DNA of 6,755 bases from a virus (Duplodnaviria; Heunggongvirae; Uroviricota; Caudoviricetes), in IMG/VR virus record IMGVR_UViG_2706794690_000012; one strand, given 5' to 3'. Below the pieces are notes generated by a model. That model did not search any database. It was not told the DNA's origin and was given only the letters and a program-made list of their open reading frames with translations. Shown here piece after piece: positions 6,567 to 6,755 of this stretch (positions within the stretch are counted from its first letter, which is position 1; the number at the start of each line of letters is the position of its first letter). A program made the translations under genes and the position numbers.

Positions 6567-6755
6567 GCCAACCGTTCCAGTGCCTTTCCAGTGTCTGAAA
6601 GTCCATGCACGGTTAATACCCTGAACTTCTTTCGCCCAGATAACATAATCAGGGTCTGCGCCCCCGGTGATGCTGCCAACTTACTGATTTAGTGTATGAT
6701 GGTGTTTTTGAGGTGCTCCAGTGGCTTCTGTTTCTATCAGCTGTCCCTCCTGTTC

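Larger units (their letters stand above)
2073..6755 (-). mobile_element. Prophage remnant (baseplate and tail-fibre module) abutting the ssrA 3' end; continues beyond the window
   Basis: From the ssrA 3' end onward all coding is on the minus strand and consists of phage baseplate and tail-fibre gene types. The tmRNA 3' end is a classic integration site. No integrase lies in the window. Confidence 0.65.

Overview
This window looks like the E. coli-type smpB-ssrA locus joined to the tail end of a cryptic prophage. All calls rest on reading the sequence and the ORF track, with homologies recalled from memory; no database search was run. Bases 1-2072 are conserved host genes: the ratB and ratA pair on the minus strand (ratB re-started at a GTG), smpB on the plus strand, and a complete 363-nt tmRNA gene (ssrA) carrying the ANDENYALAA tag frame. 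From the ssrA 3' end onward, everything is on the minus strand, converging on ssrA. That block is a phage baseplate and tail-fibre module: a baseplate J-like gene, a Mu gp48/P2 gpI-like gene, a Mu S-like tail fibre, a Mu U-like tail-fibre assembly gene, a lambda Stf-like side tail fibre, and two small unassigned ORFs, closed by a bidirectional terminator. No integrase, CRISPR array, tRNA or rRNA is visible. The element shows signs of decay: an in-frame ochre stop at codon 17 of the assembly gene, an in-frame TAA in the baseplate J-like gene, and a frame break between the two small ORFs. The most interesting targets are the atypical C-terminal domain of the Stf-like protein and the two small ORFs immediately downstream, which sit in a known cargo position; their function cannot be assigned from sequence alone.
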